Of a DNA stretch of 64,000 nucleotides, positions 60,746 through 64,000 are shown piece by piece (position 1 is the first letter of the stretch; every line of letters begins with the position of its first letter). The notes beneath the pieces are model-generated. The model made no database searches. It saw nothing but the letters and a program-made list of their open reading frames with translations, and was not told where the DNA came from. This DNA comes from Callorhinchus milii (lineage: Eukaryota): positions 97,342,001 to 97,406,000 of the forward strand of contig NW_024704743.1 in the NCBI RefSeq assembly GCF_018977255.1, written 5' to 3'. Both the position numbers and the translations under genes were made by a program.

Positions 60746-62230
60746 TCTGGTCATGTACATACCTCTGGTCCTTCTATTCTTTAATACATTGACAAAGTAT
60801 AAATGCTTGAGTAGATTAGATCTCAAAATAGAAGATATAGAACTAATACCATGGTTATAATCATTCTTAAAAGCACAAGCATATTGTAAAACACCATGAA
60901 AAACACTTCAATTAGGTCCTTGATGACAACAAGGAAAGCTTGGGGCCCACTAAATTACTGAGTTTTAAAGTGCGAAGATACTGTTTTAATCCAATTCCAT
61001 GATATGCTGTTGGATTTGAAGCTGTTGAAAAATTAATGTTACTGACTTACAAAATTGCATGTCTATCTCCATATTTAATACCCTAGATCTAACTTGTGCT
61101 GTTCCTATCTTCCAACATTTATTGGAAAGCGAAAATACCCCCTCAGTATAAAACAAAGGCTCTCATATGTTGATTAGGCTCAGAACAGAAGGAAAAAATC
61201 AGCCTTCCACCGAAAGTACAATTATAAACGAAATCAGCTTAGAGGAAACACGATTTAAAAGAACCAGCAGCCAAATGTTCCTAGTAGTCATGCGTTTTAA
61301 ATGTCAGGCTCTGTACAAGCACTACTTACACAGCCACTGAAATTAGTGTTTGCGGTTCAGCCTCATTCTGCCTCCTGCGGACTTCTTACCAGAAGAAAAT
61401 GTCATGTTAAATGTAATTGCTTTGCTTCTGGCTAGGCCTCCGAATCGACTTCAACCCTCAGCACTTTTTTTCACGGACAATGAAGCCTTCAAAATTTGTT
61501 CTGATTGCTCAAAATTGCACTTCTATAAATTAATCAACTACATTTCAAGAGTATTCCACAATTAGAGGTTTAAACTACACCTTATTTCACCATAGATGAA
61601 AGCACAGATGCTCACGTGCCAAAGCTTCATTATCTGTTCCATTATCTGGACACTATCCAATGCATTAGCTTGTGCCTTTTGTTCACTTTTTCATGCAATA
61701 ATGCTTATCATTGTGCAAAATAGGAGATTTCCTTGCTGTTTTATGGTAGTTTAACAAGAGAACCCAGGTTCAGGGTTGTTAAGAGCAATTTCAGGACAGA
61801 TACTAGTATTTTTTTACACAGAGGGCAATCAACAGTTGGAATGGATTGTTAGGCATTGTGGTGGAGGCCAGGAAGAGAAAGCTTAATGCTGTAATGAGAA
61901 AACATTTAGCTATTATTATTCGAAAGGTGAGATCAATAGGATGAAGGGCCTTCTATCTTCCCATTACAGGATTAAGCTCTTTCCTAAATGAGTCCACACT
62001 TGCGTGCACAGACCATTAACTCTTGATGGCGAATGGAATTTCAACCTTAGGTCTTTTAATTTCCTTGGTCGCCAAAACTGGGTTTTAGAATGTACCCCGT
62101 CTCGGATTGTCCTGAGGAAATTATACCAGACTTTAAAAAGAGTTGTTTTCTTAAAACACATACCATAGACATCAAACCGGCAACAAAGGTAACCCACCTT
62201 GCCTGATTAAATTGGGACTCAACAAGTATC

Positions 62231-62658
62231 AGCCTGACTCAGGTGGTAGCACTTTCGCCTCGGAGTAAGAAGGTTTTGGTTTTGAGCCCGACGTCAGCAG
62301 TTTGAGCTCACAGTCCAGACTGCCACTCAAATGTATTGCTGAGAGAGTGTTGCATTGTCAGAGTTGGCGTCCTTTGGATGAGATGTTATAATGAGGTCCC
62401 ATATATCTGTTCAGGAGGATGTTAAAAATCCTATGGCACTATTCGAAAAGAGAAAGGAATTTCTCCTTGCTTCCTGGCAAACAATCCCTAAATAAAATTG
62501 ATCATTCACTTTGTGGCTGTTTGTGAGCCATTGCTGTGCACAAATTGTTGCTACATTTGCTTATAAAGTAAATAGCGACAACACTTTAAATGCCCTGAAC
62601 ATCTTTGAGATGTTTTGATGACAAGATAAGGCACTATATCACGTGCAAGGATTATTAC
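62231..62658 (+). mobile_element. tRNA-headed Deu-domain SINE (SacSINE1/AmnSINE-like) with L2-type tail
   Basis: tRNA-like head (ctcaggtggtagcact..gaaggtt..ggtt..gagccc), Deu-like core gatgagatgtta..gaggtccc..caggaggatgttaaaaatcctatggcactattcgaa; family name from recall. Confidence 0.75.
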
Positions 62659-64000
62659 GATGTAAGACTCAGAGAATCTAAAGAGGCCCTATATAATCAA
62701 GTGTAATTTGGGGTTAGTATGGTTTTACATGCAGAGCTGTTGACAAATCTTCTTAAAAATACCTGTAACGTGTATCGTCATTAGGCGGTCAGAGCTATCT
62801 GTGTGATTGGCTGGATCCAAGGCATTTTCACACATTGTTTTTGATGGAACTGACATTTGACCTGTCCTTACTGCTATGTTTCTCTAAGTAGGCTGGGTAT
62901 AAGTTGTTCATGCTCTTCCTGACGAATCAAAATCCGTCACCAAGTGTTTGGTTGGGTTTGATGTCGTGGTAGCAGCTGAAATTAACCTGAGGCAAAGCAA
63001 GTTAATGGTGACATGAGCTTTACATGAACAGACAGAACATGGCTCCTGGGAATGTTGGACTTCCAACATTGTTGATCTCATGATTGTGCTTATTGAACAG
63101 GTACCTGCTGACTCAAGTTATCAAGTCCTCAAAACTTACAAAAGAATGAACCATTTGTTCAGGGGCAGAGGAGGAAAGAGGAAACAACAGGCTATAAGTA
63201 ATTAAAGTTGTAAGTTATTAAATCAATATTAATTTAGCAAGTCACTTATTTTGTTTGCAGAACAATAAAATCTTATTTGATTTTCCACAAAGTGCAATTT
63301 GCTGCTTAGTGAAATCCAGCGAAGACCAGGGGACGACTTGTTTTGTGGGAAAGAGAGCACTTTGTTTTGAACATAAATAACCAGAGTTTAGCAAAATCAC
63401 GGCAGCTTTCTGTATATACAGTTCATGAAAAGTAATCCACCACCAATCTGAAAATGACCTTGGTTGTAAATATGTGGGAAATGTGCAGAAAAGAATGCAG
63501 CTAATACAGTTTAGAGTAACTTGTTCATTTGTTTATTTAATGGTCACTCTCTGGCATGAAGTCTTTACTCTCCTGAGCCCTGATATTTCTGATTGACAGG
63601 CCTTGGGATGTCAAGATAAATATACAACTGTAAAATGTAGAAGCTAGGATAAAAAAACACGATTTGAAAGGCAGTAAAAAAGCTAGAGCAGGGTATCATC
63701 AATGGAAATGGACCCTGTACCAGTAGATCATGCTATCAAGAGGGAGCATGTGGATGATGAAAAGGGAAGGAGTGAAGGAACCCTGGAAATGACCTTGCAG
63801 AGCCAGGAGAAGCTATTAGAAGGGATAAAGGGATGCTGCTGGGACAGGCAGGAATATAACCAGGAACACACAGAGCCACAAAGGCAGAGAAGGATTCAGT
63901 GTCAATGGTGTCAAAGATAGAGAGATCAAGCAGCCCAAGGAATCACAGGGAACCCTGGTCACAGGTTCCTGGTCAAAGGTCAAAGGATGCCATTAGTGAC

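Noticed and set aside
57700..64000. A further gene downstream of LRRC6
   Set aside because: Only SINE, CR1 and L2 remnants and AT-rich DNA; no recognisable exons

Overview
Eukaryotic vertebrate genomic DNA. The repeat content (abundant L2/CR1 LINEs, Deu-domain SINEs) suggests a cartilaginous fish, possibly a chimaera; this is inference. Two intron-containing genes lie in tandem on the + strand, in the same order and relative orientation as at human 8q24: TMEM71 (9 coding exons, 6314..17417, 306 aa) and LRRC6/DNAAF11 (12 coding exons, 25807..57364, 475 aa). Both were rebuilt by hand from GT-AG boundaries with consistent phases. The unusual part is 22.3-34.0 kb, where a small 5S rDNA cluster is interleaved with the 5' end of LRRC6. 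It has five full-length or near full-length 5S genes, two 3'-truncated copies and one 3' remnant. Minus-strand copies lie upstream of the promoter and plus-strand copies lie in introns 1 and 2. As a result the RFX/ETS-type LRRC6 promoter, exon 1 and a G-rich 24-bp minisatellite sit in the loop of a large inverted duplication. The rest is mostly LINE/SINE debris, including a young 5'-truncated L2 with an RT domain. A 25-N assembly gap lies inside the 5S cluster. Most ORFs in the supplied track are TE fragments or spurious.
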